Source: Mobula hypostoma
Lineage: Eukaryota
Length of the DNA stretch: 64,000 bases
Direction of reading: 5' to 3'
Assembly (NCBI RefSeq): GCF_963921235.1
Contig: NC_086097.1
Span: 249,738,001-249,802,000 of the forward strand
Below the pieces are notes generated by a model. The model did no database searches and was not told where the DNA came from. It worked only from the letters and a program-made list of their open reading frames with translations. This document shows, piece after piece, positions 36,037 to 50,409 of the stretch. The position numbers and the translations under genes are program-made. Every line of letters starts with the position of its first letter. Position 1 is the first letter of the stretch.

Positions 36037-38297
36037 GAACAGAAAGTGGCGTTATTCGCAGATGATGTTTTGGTCTATCTGAGTGAACCAGAAAAATCAT
36101 TTATAGGATTGTTTACACTGTTGGATGACTTTGGGAAAATATCAGGTTATAAAACAAATGTAAAGAAAACGCAGGTTATGTCCCTAAATTATACACCATC
36201 CAAAAAATTGCAGGATACATACGATCTTAAGTGGGAAGCTAAATCATTAAAATATTTAGGAATAACCCTGCCGAAGGATCTTTCAACACTGTCACAGGTA
36301 AATTATGGGCCATTAATCTCAGAGATAAAAGCAGATATGCATAGATGGAATCTTATCCCCTTTTTAAGTTTAAATTCAAGGATAAATACTATAAAAATGA
36401 ATATTCTTCCTCGGTTATTATATCTTTTCCGTACTTTACCAGTGGAGGTGGATGATAATCAATTCAGGGAATGGGACAAATGGATTTCCTGCTTCATTTG
36501 GCAAGGAAGGAAACCTAGAATTCGATATAACACCTTACAGTTAGGGAAGGAAGGAGGAGGTATGGTTCTTCCTTGCCTGAGAAATTATTTTTATGCCTCA
36601 CAGATAACCCCTCTGTTATATTGGTGTAATAGGGAATATAAGGCTTGATGGAAGGAAATAGAATTTGGATTAGTTGACAGTTTTCCTCTTCAGGCCTCAA
36701 TAGCTGACAAAGGATTGATGGCCCAGTTGGAAAAATTTAATAATGCTTGGATAAATCTTACATTAAAAGTATGGCAGAAGGTGGTTAATTCATGTGGAAT
36801 TAATAACATGTTAAAACTCTTTAGATGGTGTGCATATGATACCGAATTCCTTCCCAACAGAGGAGATAAAAGATTTGAGCTATGGATAAAGAAAGGTCTT
36901 ACAACCTACCTCTCATTTATAGATAAAAGAGTATTACAAAGTTTCCAAATCCTGCAGGACAAACATGGCCTAGAACATAATGACTTTTTTAGGTACCTTC
37001 AAATACGAAACTATGTTAACCAGAGTTGTAGATATACAGACCTATCAACAGTAGAATTAGAATTTTTCAAGATTCTGAATTCAGCTTGCAGTTCAATACC
37101 TAGTAAATCAGTTTCTCGCCTATATAATGCACTCTCCCATGCTAAAAATGTAAATACACTGTATATTAAAGAGAAGTGGGAGAAAGAAGCGGGGTTGGTA
37201 CTTTCAGAGGAGGCTTGGGGGAAAACCTGCAGCTTTCAATGGTCCTCGACTAATTCTTTGACTTGGAGAGAACATTGTTGGAAAAACATTATAAGATACT
37301 TCAAGATCCCATATCAGGAAAAATATAAAGATACAAATGTGATGTGTTGGAGAAGGTGCGGCTCCAAGGAGGCAAATCATTTTCATATTTTCTGGGATTG
37401 CCCTAAATTAAGTCTATTTTGGGAAGGTATTCATAGAATATTAGTTAAGGTACTTAGGTCCCAGATACCTCTGAACTTTGAGACGCTCTATTTGGGGCAT
37501 GTATTGTTCCTTGAACAGAAGGAAGATATAAAGTTGCTGCAGGCCCTCTTAGCGGCAAGTAAGAAATCAATCACTAGAAAATGGCTAAATCCAATACCAC
37601 CTACATTAGAAGATTGGTACGAAATTATCTTGGAAATATTTAAAATGGAAAAGTTGACCTACTCCCTGAGAACTCAAAAAGAAACATTTTATCAAATCTG
37701 GAATAAATGGATTGAATATATAACCCCAATGCGAGCAGACTTTAGATGACTCTCCTAATGATTTATATTGCTCTTCTCATCAACACAGTAATATTGCTAA
37801 CGTAAGCACCCCTAGTCTAAATGTTTGTTGTTTTTTTTTAGAAAATAGAGAATTAACACAAGGGAAAGATTTGGGAAAGGGATAAAAAAAATGAAAAAAT
37901 TAAGTAAATAAGTACATAGGGATTGGATAATTATGTCTGCAGGCAGGAACAAGCATGAACAAATTGGGATATAAACACCTCCAATGGTTGGTATATAGGC
38001 TTGTATGCAACATTTTGGACCAGTGGAAATGGTCCAGAAGGGTTGTATGGAAACTATTATTACCATTTTTCTTAACAACTAATTTCATTACTTAGCCTAA
38101 TAGGTTAGATTTACCACAGTACATAATTATCTATTTAAATGTTTATTTTGCTTTTATATCATCTCAATGTGTACTTAAGAATGTATAAATAATTGTAGTT
38201 TTATACATACAAAAAAATGGAAAAGGTTATATGTGTGAAAAAAGTACATGATAATTGTGAATTCCTTATCCAAATAAAAATAAAATTTAAAAAAAGA
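36037..38297 (+). mobile_element. L1/Tx1-clade LINE, 5'-truncated, young
   Basis: LFADDVLVYL, FGKISGYKTN, KYLGI, IKMNILPRLLYLF, EGGGM and C-terminal CWRRC..HIFWDC. One in-frame TGA at 36646. A-rich tail. 16-bp TSD gaaattcatgttattt. Confidence 0.92.
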
Positions 38298-39457
38298 GAA
38301 ATTCATGTTATTTATTTTGAATTCGGAGCAAGAAAGCTGCGAATGGAATGGCTCAGGGTTTCCGGAGCGAAGGCATTTTACTACTCGGGGTAAAAGAGAG
38401 GCAAGACTGAGCAGGCGCGTGATGTCAGACAGTAGAGCAGGAAAAGTTTAAAAAGAAGACCGCCATATCCAGCGGGCAGCGTAGTGAGGGTAGCAGAGTG
38501 ATAGGGCTTTGGCTCCACAGGCTCAGGCGGTAATGAGGCGAGGTAGGTTTACCTGTGTTAATTACAGAAAGGAAGCAGTATGTGTGTGAGGCCGGTGTTC
38601 TGTGCTCAGTGTCAAATGTGGGAAGTCCTGGAGTCTCCCACCCTCCCGGATGGCCATAACTGCACCCGGTGTGTCAAGCTGCAGCTCCTAAGGGACCACA
38701 TTAGGAAACTGGAGATGCAGCTCGATGACCTTCGTATGGTCAGGGAGAGCGAGGAGGTGATAGAAAGGAGTTATAGTCAGGAGGTCACACCGGGGCCACG
38801 GGAGGCACACAAGTGGGTCACAGTCAGGAGAGGGAAGGGGAAGAGTCAGGTACTAGAGAGTACCCCTATGGCTGTCCCCCTGAACAATAAGTATTCCTGT
38901 TTGAGTACTCTTGGCGGGGGTGGGGGGGGGGGAGACAGCCTACCCTGGGGGAAGCAACAGTGGCTGTGTCTCTGTGGCTCAGAAAGGTAGGGAAAGGAAG
39001 AGAAAGGCAGTAGTGATAGGGGACTCTATAGTTAGGGGTTCAAACAGGCGATTCTATGGACACAGGAAAGAAACTCAGATGGTAGTTTGCCTCCCAGGTG
39101 CCAGGGTTCGGGATGTTTCAGATCGCGTCCAAGTTATCCTGCAGTGGGAAGGATAACAGCCAGAGGTTGTGATACATATTGGTACCAATGACATAAGTAA
39201 GAAAAGGAAAGAGGTCCTGAAAACAGACTACAGGGAGTTAGGAAGAAAGTTGAGAAGCAGGACCACAAAGGTAGTAATCTCGGGATTACTGCTTGTACCA
39301 TGTGACAGTGAGTATAGGAATAAAATGAGGTGGAGGATAAATGCGTGACTGAGGAATTGGAGTAGGGGGCAGGGATTCAGATTTCTGGATCATTGAGACC
39401 TCTTTTGGGGCAGGTGTGACCTGTACAAAAAGGATGGGTTGCACTTGAATCCCGGGG

Positions 39458-40096
39458 GAGGCGGGAGGAGAAGATGGCAGTGCGACGCAGCGCGCGCAGC
39501 TCTCCGGTGAAGTGATATCGTATCTGTTAAATAGGGGCCGTGGACAATACTGATTTGATGGAGACAGATGTGAAAGCACACAGGAACATCTGGAGAAATT
39601 TCTGAAATGCCGGTTTGCTGCCGCTGCTACTGTGCGACCGAGAATCTTCCGGAGGGAAAGCCCCAAAATCCCCGGCTTTGCCTGCTGCTGGCGACCGAGG
39701 CTGAGGTCGAAGCGTTTGAATAGAGATGGTGCTCGGTACTTGGTTTCGGAGGGCTGATCAGAGGCTTGAAGTTTTCGGACGATTCAGAGTCGGACTGTGG
39801 TCGGGTATGGCAGAGAGAGTTTTCTTCCTTCTCCCGTCTGCGTGAGATGTGGGACTTTCGAGAGACTTTGAACTTTTTTTTACTGTGCCATGGCCCGTTC
39901 TTCATCAAGTTATTGTATTGTTGCACTGTTGTAACTATATGTTATAATTATGTGTTTTTTGTCAGTTTTTCAGTCTTGGTCTGTCCTGTGTTTTGTGATA
40001 TCACACCGGAGGAATATTGTATCATTTCTTAATGCATGCATTACTATATGACAATAAAAGAGGACTGTGTGTCCTCATAATTTAATCTAATCTAAT
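39458..40096 (+). mobile_element. Non-autonomous retroposon nested in CR1 ORF1
   Basis: Interrupts the host between HLNP and LAGRF. CpG-rich 5' part starting aagatggc. Ends in AATAAA plus (AATCT)n. Confidence 0.65.
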
Positions 40097-42197
40097 CCTG
40101 GCAGGGAGGTTTGCTAAGGCTACTGGGGAGAGTTTAAACTAGAATTATTGGGGGGGTGGTGGTGGAAACCGAACTGTAGAGACTGGGGAAGAGGCGGTTG
40201 GCTCACAAATAGAGAAAGCTGAGTGACAGTGTGAGAGGGAGGATAGGCAGGTGATAGAGAAGGGACAAGCTCAGAGCGACGGTTTGAGATGTGTCTATTT
40301 TAACACAAGGAGTGTTGTGAACAAAGTGGATGAGCTTAGAGCGTGGATCAGTACTTGGAACTGTGATGTTGTGGTCATTACAAAGATTTGGATGGCTCAG
40401 GGACAGGAAAGATTACTTCAAGTGTCGGGTTTTAGATGTTTCAGAAAGGACAGGGAGGGAGGCAAAAGAGGTGGGGGCGTGGCACTGTTGATCAGAGATA
40501 GTGTCACGGCTGCAGAAAAGGTGGTGTCATGGAGGGATTGTCTACGGAGTCTCTGTGGGTGGAGGTTAGGAACAGGAAGGGGTCAATAACTTTACTGGGT
40601 GCTTTATATAGGCTGCCCAATAGTAACAGGGATAGCGAGGAGCAGATAGGGAAACAGATCCTGGAAAGGTGTAATAATAACAGAGTTGTCATGATGGGAG
40701 ATTTTAATTTCCCAAATATCGATTGGCATCACCCTAGAGCAAGGGGTTTAGATGGGGTGGAGTTTGTTAGTTGCATTCAGGAAGGTTACTTGACACAATA
40801 TGTAGGTAAGCCAACAAGAGGAGAGACTGGTACTTGATTTGGTATTAGGAAATGAATCTGGTCAGGTGTCAGATCTCTCAGTGGGAGAGCATTTTGGAGA
40901 TAGTGATCATAATTCTATCTCCTTTACAACAGCATCGGAGAGAGAGAGGAACAGACATGTTAGAAAAGTGTTTAATTGGAGCAAGGGGAACTATGAGGCA
41001 GTCAGGCAGGAAATTGAAAGCTTAAATTGGGAACAGGTGTCCTCAGGGAAAAGTACGAAAGAAATGTGTCAAATGTTCAAGGGATATTTGTGTGGAGTTC
41101 TGCATAGGTATGTTCCAATGAGACAGGGAAGTTATGGTAGGGTACACGAACCGTGGTGTACAAAGGCTGTTATAAATCTCATCAAGAAGAAAAGAAAAGC
41201 TTACAAAAGGTTCAGAGAGCTAGGTAATGTTAGATATCTAGATTATAAGGCTAACAGAAAGAAGCTTAAAAAGGAAATCAGGAGAGCCAGAAGGAACCAT
41301 CAGAAGGCCTTGGCGGGCAGGATTAAAGAAAACCCCAAGGCATTCTACAAGTACGTGAAGAGCAAGAGGGTAAGACGTAAAAGAATAGGACCTATCAAGT
41401 GTGACAGTGGGAAAGTAGGTATGGAACCGGAGGAAACAGCAGAGGTACTTAATGAATACTTTACTTCAGTATTCACTATGGAAAAGGATCTTGGTGATTG
41501 TAGTGATGACTTGCAGCAGTCTGAAAAGCTTCAGCATGTAGATGTTAAGAAAGAGGATTTGCTGGGTTTTGGAAAGCATCAAGTTAGATAAGTCACCAGG
41601 ACTGGATGAGATGTACCCCAGGCTACTGTGGGAGGTGAGGGAGGAGACTGCTGAGCCTCTGGCAATGATCTTTGAATCATCAATGGGGACAAGAGAGGTT
41701 CCGGAGGATTGGAAGGTTGCAGATGTTGTTCCTTTATTCAAGAAAGGGAGTATAGATAGCCCAGGAAATTATAGACCAGTGAGTCTTATTTCAGAGGTTG
41801 GTAAGTTGATAGAGGAGATCCTGAGAGGCAGGATTTATGAACATTTGAAGATATATAATATGATTAGGAATAGTCAGCATGGCTTTGTCAAGGGCAGGTC
41901 GTGCCTTACGAGCCTGAATTTTTTGAGGATGTGATAAAACACTTTGATGTAGGAAGAACAGTAGATGTAGTGTATATGGATTTCAGCAAGGCATTTGATT
42001 ATGTAACCCATGCAAAGCTTATTGAGAAAGTAAGGAGGCATGGGATCCCAGGAGACATTTCTTTGTGGATCCAGAACTGGCTTGCCCACAGAAGACAATG
42101 AGTGGTTGTAGACAGGTCATATTCTGCATGGAGGTTGGTGACCAGTGGTGTGCCTCAGGGATCTGTCTGGGACCCTTACTCTTCGTGATTTTTATAA

Positions 42198-43313
42198 TAG
42201 AAAGAAAACCATAGAAACTATAGAAAAACTACAGAACAGAAAGAGGCCTTTTGGCCCTTCTTGGCTGTGCCAAACCATTTTCTGCCCAGTCCCACTGACC
42301 TGCACACGGACCATATCCCTCCATACACCTCCCATCCATGTATCTGTCCAATTTATTCTTAAATGTTAAAAAAGAACCCGCATTTACCACCTCGTCTGGC
42401 AGTTCATTCCATACTCCCACCACTCTCTGCGTGAAGAAGCCCCCCCTAATCTTCCCTTTAAACTTTTCCCCCCTCACCCTTAACCCCTGTCCTCTGGTTT
42501 TTTTCTCCCCTTGCCTCAGTGGAAAAAGCCTGCTTGCATTCACTCTATCTATACCCATCATAATTTTATATACCTCTATCAAATCTCCCCTCATTCTTCT
42601 ACGCTCCAGGGAATAAAGTCCTAACCTATTCAACCTTTCTCTGTAACTGAGTTTCTCAAGTCCCGGCAACATCCTTGTAAACCTTCTCTGCACTCTTTCA
42701 ACCTTATTTATATCCTTCCTGTAATTTGGTGACCAAAACTGAACACAATACTCCAGATTTGGCCTCACCAATGCCTTATACAACCTCATCATAACATTCC
42801 AGCTCTTATACTCAATACTTTGATTAATAAAGGCCAATGTACCAAAAGCTCTCTTTACGACCCTATCTACCTGTGATGACACTTTTAGGGAATTCTGTAT
42901 CTGTATTCCCAGATCCCTCTGTTCCACTGCACTCCTCAGTGCCTTACTATTAACCCTGTATGTTCTACCTTGGTTTGTCCTTCTAACGTGCAATAGCTCA
43001 CACTTGTCAGTATTAAACTCCATCTGCCATTTTTCAGCCCATTTTTCCAGCTCGTCCAAGTCCCTCTGCAGGCTCTGAAAACCTTCCTCACTGTCTACCA
43101 CACCGCCAATCTTGGTATCATCAGCAAATTTGCTGATCCAATTTACCACATTATCATCCAGATCATTGATATAGATGACAAATAACAATGGACCCAGCAC
43201 TGATCCCTGTGGCACACCACTAGTCACAGGCCTCCACTCGGAGAAGCAATTCTCTACTACCACTCTTTGGCTTCTTCCATTGAGCCAATGACTAATCCAA
43301 TTTACCACCTCTT
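42198..43313 (-). mobile_element. Young CR1 3' fragment inserted antisense into the older CR1
   Basis: Uninterrupted 359-aa ORF ([22 protein letters not shown]). It splits the host RT between FI and LDEEVEG. Confidence 0.93.
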
Positions 43314-45644
43314 CCTGGATGAGGAAGTGGAGGGATGGGTTTGTAAGTTTGCTGATGACACAAAGTTTGGAGGTGTTATGGATAGTGTGGAGGGTTGTCA
43401 GAGGTTACAGCAGGATACTGATAGGATGCAAAACTGGGCTGAGAAGTAGCAGATGGAGTTCAACCCAGATAAGTGCGAAGTGGTTCATTTTGGTAGGTCA
43501 AATATGATGGCAGAATATAGTATTAATGGTAAGACTCTTGACAGTGTGGAGGATCAGTGGGATCTTGGTGTCTGAGTTCATAGGACGCTCAAAGCAGCTG
43601 CGTAGGTTGACACTGTGGTTAAGAAGGCATACCGTGTATTGGCCTTCATCAATCGTGGAATTGAATTTAGGAGCCGAGAGGTAATGTTGCAACTATATAG
43701 GACCCTGGTCAGACCCCATTTGGAGTACTGTGCTCAGTTCTGGTCACCTCACTACAGGACGGATGTGGAAGCCATTGAAAGGGTGCAGAGGAGATTTACA
43801 GGGATGCTGCCTGGATTGGGGAGCATGCCTTATGAAAACAGATTGAGTGAACTCGGCATTTTCTCCTTGGGGTGACAGCGGATGAGAGGTGACCTGATAG
43901 TGGTGTATAAGATGACGAGAGGCATTAATCATGTGGATAGTCAGAGGCTTTTTCCCAGGGCTGAAATGGTTGCCACAAGAGGACACAGGTTTAAGGTACA
44001 GAGGAGATGTCAGGGGTAAGTTTTTTACGCAGAGAGTGGTGAGTGCGTGGAATGGGCTGCCAGCAACGGTGGTGGAGGTGGATACGATAGGGTCTTTTAA
44101 GAGACTTTTGGGTAGGTACATGGAGCTTAGAAAAATAGAGGGCTATGGGTAAGCCTGGTAATTTCTAAGGTAGGGACATGTTCGACACAACTTTGTGGGC
44201 CGAAGGGCCTGCATTGTGCTGTAGGTTTTCTATGTTTTCTATGTTTCTATAAATCAGCCATGTTTGGCTCTCTAAATTTGTCAGACCACACCTGGAGTAT
44301 TGTGAGCAGCTTTGGGCGTCTTATCTCAGAAAGACTGTGCTGACATTGCAGAAGGTCTGGTCCAGCAGAGGTTCATAAGAATTATCCTGGGAAGGAAAGA
44401 GTTAATGTACAAGGCGCGTTTGAGGCTCTGGTCCTGTACTCAATGGCATTTAGAAGAATGGATCAGAGGGATCTTGGGAAGAGGTGGTATGGATCTCATT
44501 GAAACCTATCCGAAGATTGACAACCTTAGAAAGAGTGGATGTAGAGAGGACATTTCCTACAGTGAGGGAATATTTGAAACTGAGATGAGGAGGAATTTCT
44601 TCAGCCAGAGAATGCTGAATCTGTAGAATCCATTGCCACGGACAGCTGCGAAGGTAAATCATTGAGCATATTTAAAGTGGAGGTTGATTGGCTTTTGATT
44701 AGGAAGAGCATTAAATGCTACAGGGAGAAGGCAGGAGAAAAGTGTTGAGAGGGACAATAAATCAGTCATGATGAATGGCGGGGCAGACTCTATGAGCTGA
44801 ATAGCCTAATTGTGCTCCTACGTCATTTGGTGTTGAGAGCAGTAAGAAAATAATACTCAAACTCGTCAGTAGAATTTGTTTGTACAATTCAAAGATGGAA
44901 TACAGAGGGAATTACTGTATAAGCAATGTTAGATACAGAAACAAGCTTTCTGATTATAAAGCATGACAGAGGACAAATGTTAAACCAAGCCAGGTCAGTC
45001 AAAAGAGATAAGACATCATGAGAAATAATGTTCCCTGTGTTTTTTTTTACAGTTGCATGGATCAACCATTGCTCTGAGCAGGAAATTTTTACACAGCCTG
45101 AAAGCTGCGCAGCACTTTAAACATTTTTTTTGTAATATGCGTATCAAGACAAACACAAACCACAACTCACAACACAAGTAAACGACATCAGGCAGCCAAA
45201 ATAACTGACAGGCGCAATGGCAAATGTAAATGTTTTGACTAGATGGCGTCAGTGTTCAGCAAGCCGTCGGTTTATTAATCAGATATTGACTTCCATTCTG
45301 TGTTTATTGTTACAATTTGTAACAGTGTTGTAACTTGAAAATGTAAATGAAGCTCTAAAATGTTTCAAAGTAAAAGTTATGGTACAATTATTATTTAGAA
45401 AATTTATGGATTATATTCAATACATAATTACAGGGTATTACACAATTATATTAACATAGATTTCAAAATTATATTAAATTTATACAAAATAAAATCCCAG
45501 CTATGCAGCAACAAAGGCTATGTGCACGGGAGCATTTTAGTTACTGCGCGGCCATGCATCCGTGCAGCTTAGAGGAATAGTGATGAGAAACGACAGTGAA
45601 TAGCATTGAAATAGACCATAAATGACAGAGCAAGTCATCCTTAC

Positions 45645-45827
45645 CTGACAGAAAGTTGGAGCTGCTGTTGTCAGGATTCTGTTTGCGTAAGCAAAATGGG
45701 CTCTCATGGCTGTCAGGCACCAAAGGTGGGTTTTCATTCAGCAGCTCCACCAGCCGTCGCCTTCTGCGGAAGTTCATGCGGAACTGATACAAGAGGTTAC
45801 CGTCCACAAAGTGATGTTTGTTGGCCA
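45645..45827 (-). CDS. DEPTOR: DEPTOR internal coding exon, end of DEP2 and start of linker
   Basis: (V)ANKHHFVDGNLLYQFRMNFRRRRRLVELLNENPPLVPDSHESPFCLRKQNPDNSSSNFLS. The YQFRMNFRRRRRL and SPFCLRK motifs are typical of DEPTOR. acacag| acceptor, |gtaag donor, 183 nt, phase 1 to 1. Confidence 0.97.
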
Positions 45828-47503
45828 CTGTGTGTGCAGTACGGGAAGAGGATCATTTGACTGGTGATACAGTTTGAACTATTTACAGAAACTGCTTGTC
45901 AAAGCAATACAACAGAAACTGAACACTGAATGGACAGCCAATCCAGAGCAAAAGGCACAGAAGCACAATCAGGAAAGACCATTCAATAGAAGTTGTTCTG
46001 GTTATTTGATTTTGACTAGATTGAACTTCATAGCTCTAGAAAATTGGTAAAATTGGACTATTCCTATAAATTGCCTACCACCTTTCTGCTATTCATTTTC
46101 CATAAATGCTGCCTGCCCTGCTGAGTTCCTCCAACGTTCTGTGTGTGTTGTTCTGGATCTCCTGCATCTGTGTGTTTAAAGATAAAGAGTCTTTGAATCT
46201 TTAAAATTGTTACTGAAGTTCTTAACAGGCTAGCAGCCATGCACAAGCGTGCTCTCGATTTTCTGCAGAAAGAGTAATGGGTGTCACATTTGCAAACAAC
46301 CCACTTTCAATCAACCCCAAGTCATCCCTTTCGGGCCATAAAGAACATAAATTAGGGGCAGGAATCCAGAATGTAGCTCCTCTAATTGAAGTGTGCTATG
46401 TACTCCTGACCAGATTAAACCAAAAGCTTGCTTGTTATCGCCACCTCTGAGCCCACTTACATGGAGCACGACCACAAGAAAGCAGCATCCATCATCAAGG
46501 ATGTCCACCACCCAGGCCATGCTCTCTTGTCACTACTACCATCGAGCAGGAGGTACTTGGGTCCCACACCACCAATTTCAGAAACAGTCATGACCCTACA
46601 AACAACAGGCTCCTGAACCAACATGGATAACTTCACTCATCTCAACTATGAACTGATTCCACAACCCACAGACTCACTTTCAAAGACCCAACAACTCATG
46701 TTCTCAGTTTTATTTATTTAGTTTTTAGTTGCACAGTTCGTCTGGTTTTGCACTTTGTCAGTCTTTGTTTTGCAATAGTTTGCTCTAAGTTCTATATCCC
46801 TTCAGAACAAAGATGTGGAGGAATTTCTTTAGCCAGAGGGTGGTTAATCTATGGAATTCATTGCCACAGGTGGCTGAGGAGGCCAAGTCATTCACTATAT
46901 TTAAAGTGGAGGTCAATAGGCTCTTGATTCTTGAGGGTGTCATTACTTCCCTGTGCTTGTCTGCAAGAAAATGTATTTCAAGGGCGTGTGTGGTGACATG
47001 TGTTGTTAGCATTGTGAAGTCTAAGTGAAGAAACATAGGTGTGGAATTAGGCCAGTCGACCCATCGGGTCTGCCCCACCATTCCTTCATGGCTGATTCAT
47101 AAGCCCCGCTTAACCCCATTCTCCTGCCTTCTCCCCGTAATCTCTGTCACCCTGACTAATCAAGAACCTATAAATCTCTGCTTTAAATATACCCAATGAC
47201 TTGGCCTCCATAGCCATCTGTGGTAATAAATTACATAGATTTACCACCTCAGGCTGAAAGAAATTCCTCCTCCTCACTGTTCTAAAGGGATACTTTGATA
47301 ATAAATTTACTTTGACATCAACATCTAGCACAAAGAAGCTATTATAGACAAATACACAGTCAAAGGTAGGCCATAAATTCAACAGCTGACCAGGGAGCAG
47401 AAAGCCAGCTAACATTTCGGTATTTAAAATCTAATTACAACTTCAGCAGATAAAACCACAGCACATAGCACTACAAAAGGTAAAAACATAACCAAGCTCT
47501 CAC

Positions 47504-47682
47504 CATGTTGAATGATGGCATACTCAAGCAGTCTGCAACTGAGCTGTTCCCCTTCGCTCCTCATGGTAACCTCCCCTTCTTGTACCAGCCAGTCAATAAA
47601 TTCACGTGCCACGAATGCCCGCTGGTACTTCACCCCTTCCTCCTCCCTTGTCTGCATCAGGGAGTTTTCAGTACTCAGCAAC
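47504..47682 (-). CDS. DEPTOR: DEPTOR internal coding exon, first part of the second DEP domain
   Basis: Encodes LLSTENSLMQTREEEGVKYQRAFVAREFIDWLVQEGEVTMRSEGEQLSCRLLEYAIIQH, recognisably DEPTOR DEP2. Acceptor tgatag|, donor |gtgag, 179 nt, phase 2 to 1. Confidence 0.96.
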
Positions 47683-47765
47683 CTATCACAATAAAGATAA
47701 AAATACAACAATCAACTTAAAACAGTTTATAAAGTTTAGTTTTATTTGGCACATGTACCTCAAAG

Positions 47766-48150
47766 CATCATCATCATCATGCACCGTGTCATATGACATG
47801 AGGTGATCACGGTCTTGGACCGTGATTGTCTTTGGCAAATTTTTCTGCAGAATTGGTTTGTCATTGACTTCTGGGCAGTGTCTTTACAAGACGGGTGATC
47901 CCAGCCATTATCAATACTCTTGAGAGATTGTCTGCCTGGTGTCAATGGTCGCATAACCAGGACTTGTGATCTATACCAGCTGCTCATACCACCATCCAGC
48001 ACCTGCTCCCATGGATTGACATGACCCTGATTGGGAAGGGGGGGATAACGCTGGAGCTACACCTCGCCGGAGGGTGACTGCAGGGCAGCGGAGAGGAGGA
48101 GCATCTTACACCTCCTTCGGTAGAGACGTATCTCACCCCAACACCCGAAA
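47766..48150 (-). mobile_element. SINE-like element with RTE-type (TGA)n tail
   Basis: Second copy of the 23458-23830 family. Confidence 0.6.
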
Positions 48151-48542
48151 CATCAGTATTAGGTTACTGACATAAGTTGTGAAATTTGTTGTTTTGTCAC
48201 AGTGGCATGGCAGGGGAAAAGATGTTGTTTCTAAAACATTGACTGTGTTTAAAACGTTGAACAGTCAACTGCATCGTCTGCGTTGAATGAAACCAGAGGA
48301 TTGGGCCGGGCACCCTGCAGCAATTTACCAGCTCTAAGCCATAACCCTTTGGAATGTGGGAGGAACCAGAGCACCTGGAGGAAAGCCAAACAGTTTAAAC
48401 AGCAGCTGTCTTACGAAGAAAGGGTCTTCACAAAAGAGAATGTAGCAGCAGTACTCTTAAATCTAAGCCACAATACAGGAGAGCTTTCAGGCTTCCTCAG
48501 CCAATTATTCTTGAATTTAACCATACACGAGTTGGCATAGAA

Positions 48543-48623
48543 CAGGGCACTTCAACCTTTTTCATTCCACGAGCCTTTATCATTAACCGAGGGGTCCATG
48601 GCACCCCAGGTTGGGAAAACCTG
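48543..48623. mobile_element. hAT-type ~80-bp MITE
   Basis: Degenerate cagg../..cctg TIRs with a perfect 8-bp TSD gcatagaa. Confidence 0.8.
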
Positions 48624-50409
48624 GCATAGAAGCTTTTACAAAGGCAACCAGGTTCACGGAACAGGCCCTTATGGCCCTTTGAGTCGCAACACCCAGCAAC
48701 CTCCTGATTTAACCCTCGCCTGCTCACAAGACAATTTACAATGACCAATTAACCTACCTAAGATACGCCTTCGGACTGTGGGAGGAAACTGGAGCACCTG
48801 GAGGAAACCCACACGGTCACACGGAGAACATACAAACTCTTTACGGGCAGCGGGTGGGAAATGAACTCAGGTCGCTGGTACTCTAAACTGTTGTGTTAAC
48901 CATCACCTGAAATTGGCATGCAAGTTTTACATGGAAGGAAATGAACAATAAGGTGATGACCAAATTCCAGAAAATACCCACTTAATGAGTAACATAGAAA
49001 AGCATAAAAGTTAAAGCTTCAATTTACTCATTTCTGCGCAGCCAGTGGACTTTTATACACGTACACCCAAGTAAAAAGAACACAGGCAAGTATGCCTTTG
49101 CAAAGACAGGTTAGTAACAGCCCAGAACGTTGACTGTTTATTCCCCTCCTGACCTGCTGAGTTCCTCCAGCATTTTGTGTGTTGGACACAACAGGATTTA
49201 CTAAAAACTATGCATAAACAAAGACTGACAAACACCCAATGTGCAAAGGAAGACAATCTGTGCACATAAAATACTGAGAACATGAGTTGCAAAGAGTTCT
49301 TGAAAGTGAGTCGAAAGGCCATTGAATCGGTTTGGTGTTGAGGTGAGTGAATTTATCCACACCCATTCAGCAGCTTGAAGGTTGTGGAGTAATATCTGTA
49401 CCTGAACCTTGTCAACGCATTGGGAGTAGTTCAGAGACTGACCATACCGAAGTAATATCAGGAATGGGTGACTTGTCTCATGAGCAAACCAACCCTATAT
49501 CTGCTGGAGGGCACTTGGTGAAAACATACAAGATCTTGACTAGGTGGATATGGAGAGGATGGTTCTTCCTTCTTGTAGGGGAACCTAGAACTTCTGGCTT
49601 GCTGTTTAAAACAAAAGTCACTCATCTAAGACAAGGTAATATCTTTTTACTTAGGGTGGTACAGTTTTGAAACTCTTACACAATGGGTTTTGGAGGGAAT
49701 AATTTGCATGTCTTTTTCATAAACTCCACATTAGGAATGAATTTTCAGTTAAATTGTGTATTCATATAGCAAAACAGAATCCAAAGAGGCTCCTAATATT
49801 GACTTATGCCACCTGATAACGTTTTATTGATTGTTAATAATTTGGTCAGCTGACTCAGTGCTCTATTTATTGTTCTAGACGTCACTACGAACAAAGCCAA
49901 TACTGTAAAATCAGTGAAAACAATATCTTCAAAACGGGAAACTTCTCAACAGACTTTGCTTCCTGCATGTACATCATAAAGTAAACTTTTATCAACTGTG
50001 TACAAGAGATAGCGGATAACTGCATCTAACAGCAAAAGCAGTCCCCTAATCTGCCACAGAACAGCCAATGGCTTTCAAAATGCACTCAGCAGTCATTTTC
50101 CCAACAGTGGAGCCCAGCATTACGAGGAACAATATATGGAATTTTAGGAATAAAATCTTGGGAATTCCTAGAAGTAGAAAAGTAAGATTTCTTTTTCTAT
50201 TTCTTGCAAGAATGTTACCGATGAGGAGACAGTGTCAATGAAATAATCAACATTGTTGAGGTCAGTGACTCCTCCAAACAAACTTATCAACATCCAGACA
50301 AGAATCACATTATTCACCACGTCAGCTTAGCAACTGACGTAACCAAGATTGAGGGAAGGGGATGGAGAAAAAGAAAATGATTTTAAAGATAAAAAATTGG
50401 ATTTATTTG

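Larger units (their letters stand above)
38320..44250 (+). mobile_element. Full-length-type CR1 LINE, decayed, with two nested insertions
   Basis: 5' UTR related to the 25786 copy. ORF1 from 38580 (CAQC..CTRC, GDSIVRG). APE motifs (YFNTRS, GDFNFP, SDHN) and RT. (TTTCTATG)n tail. Confidence 0.93.
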
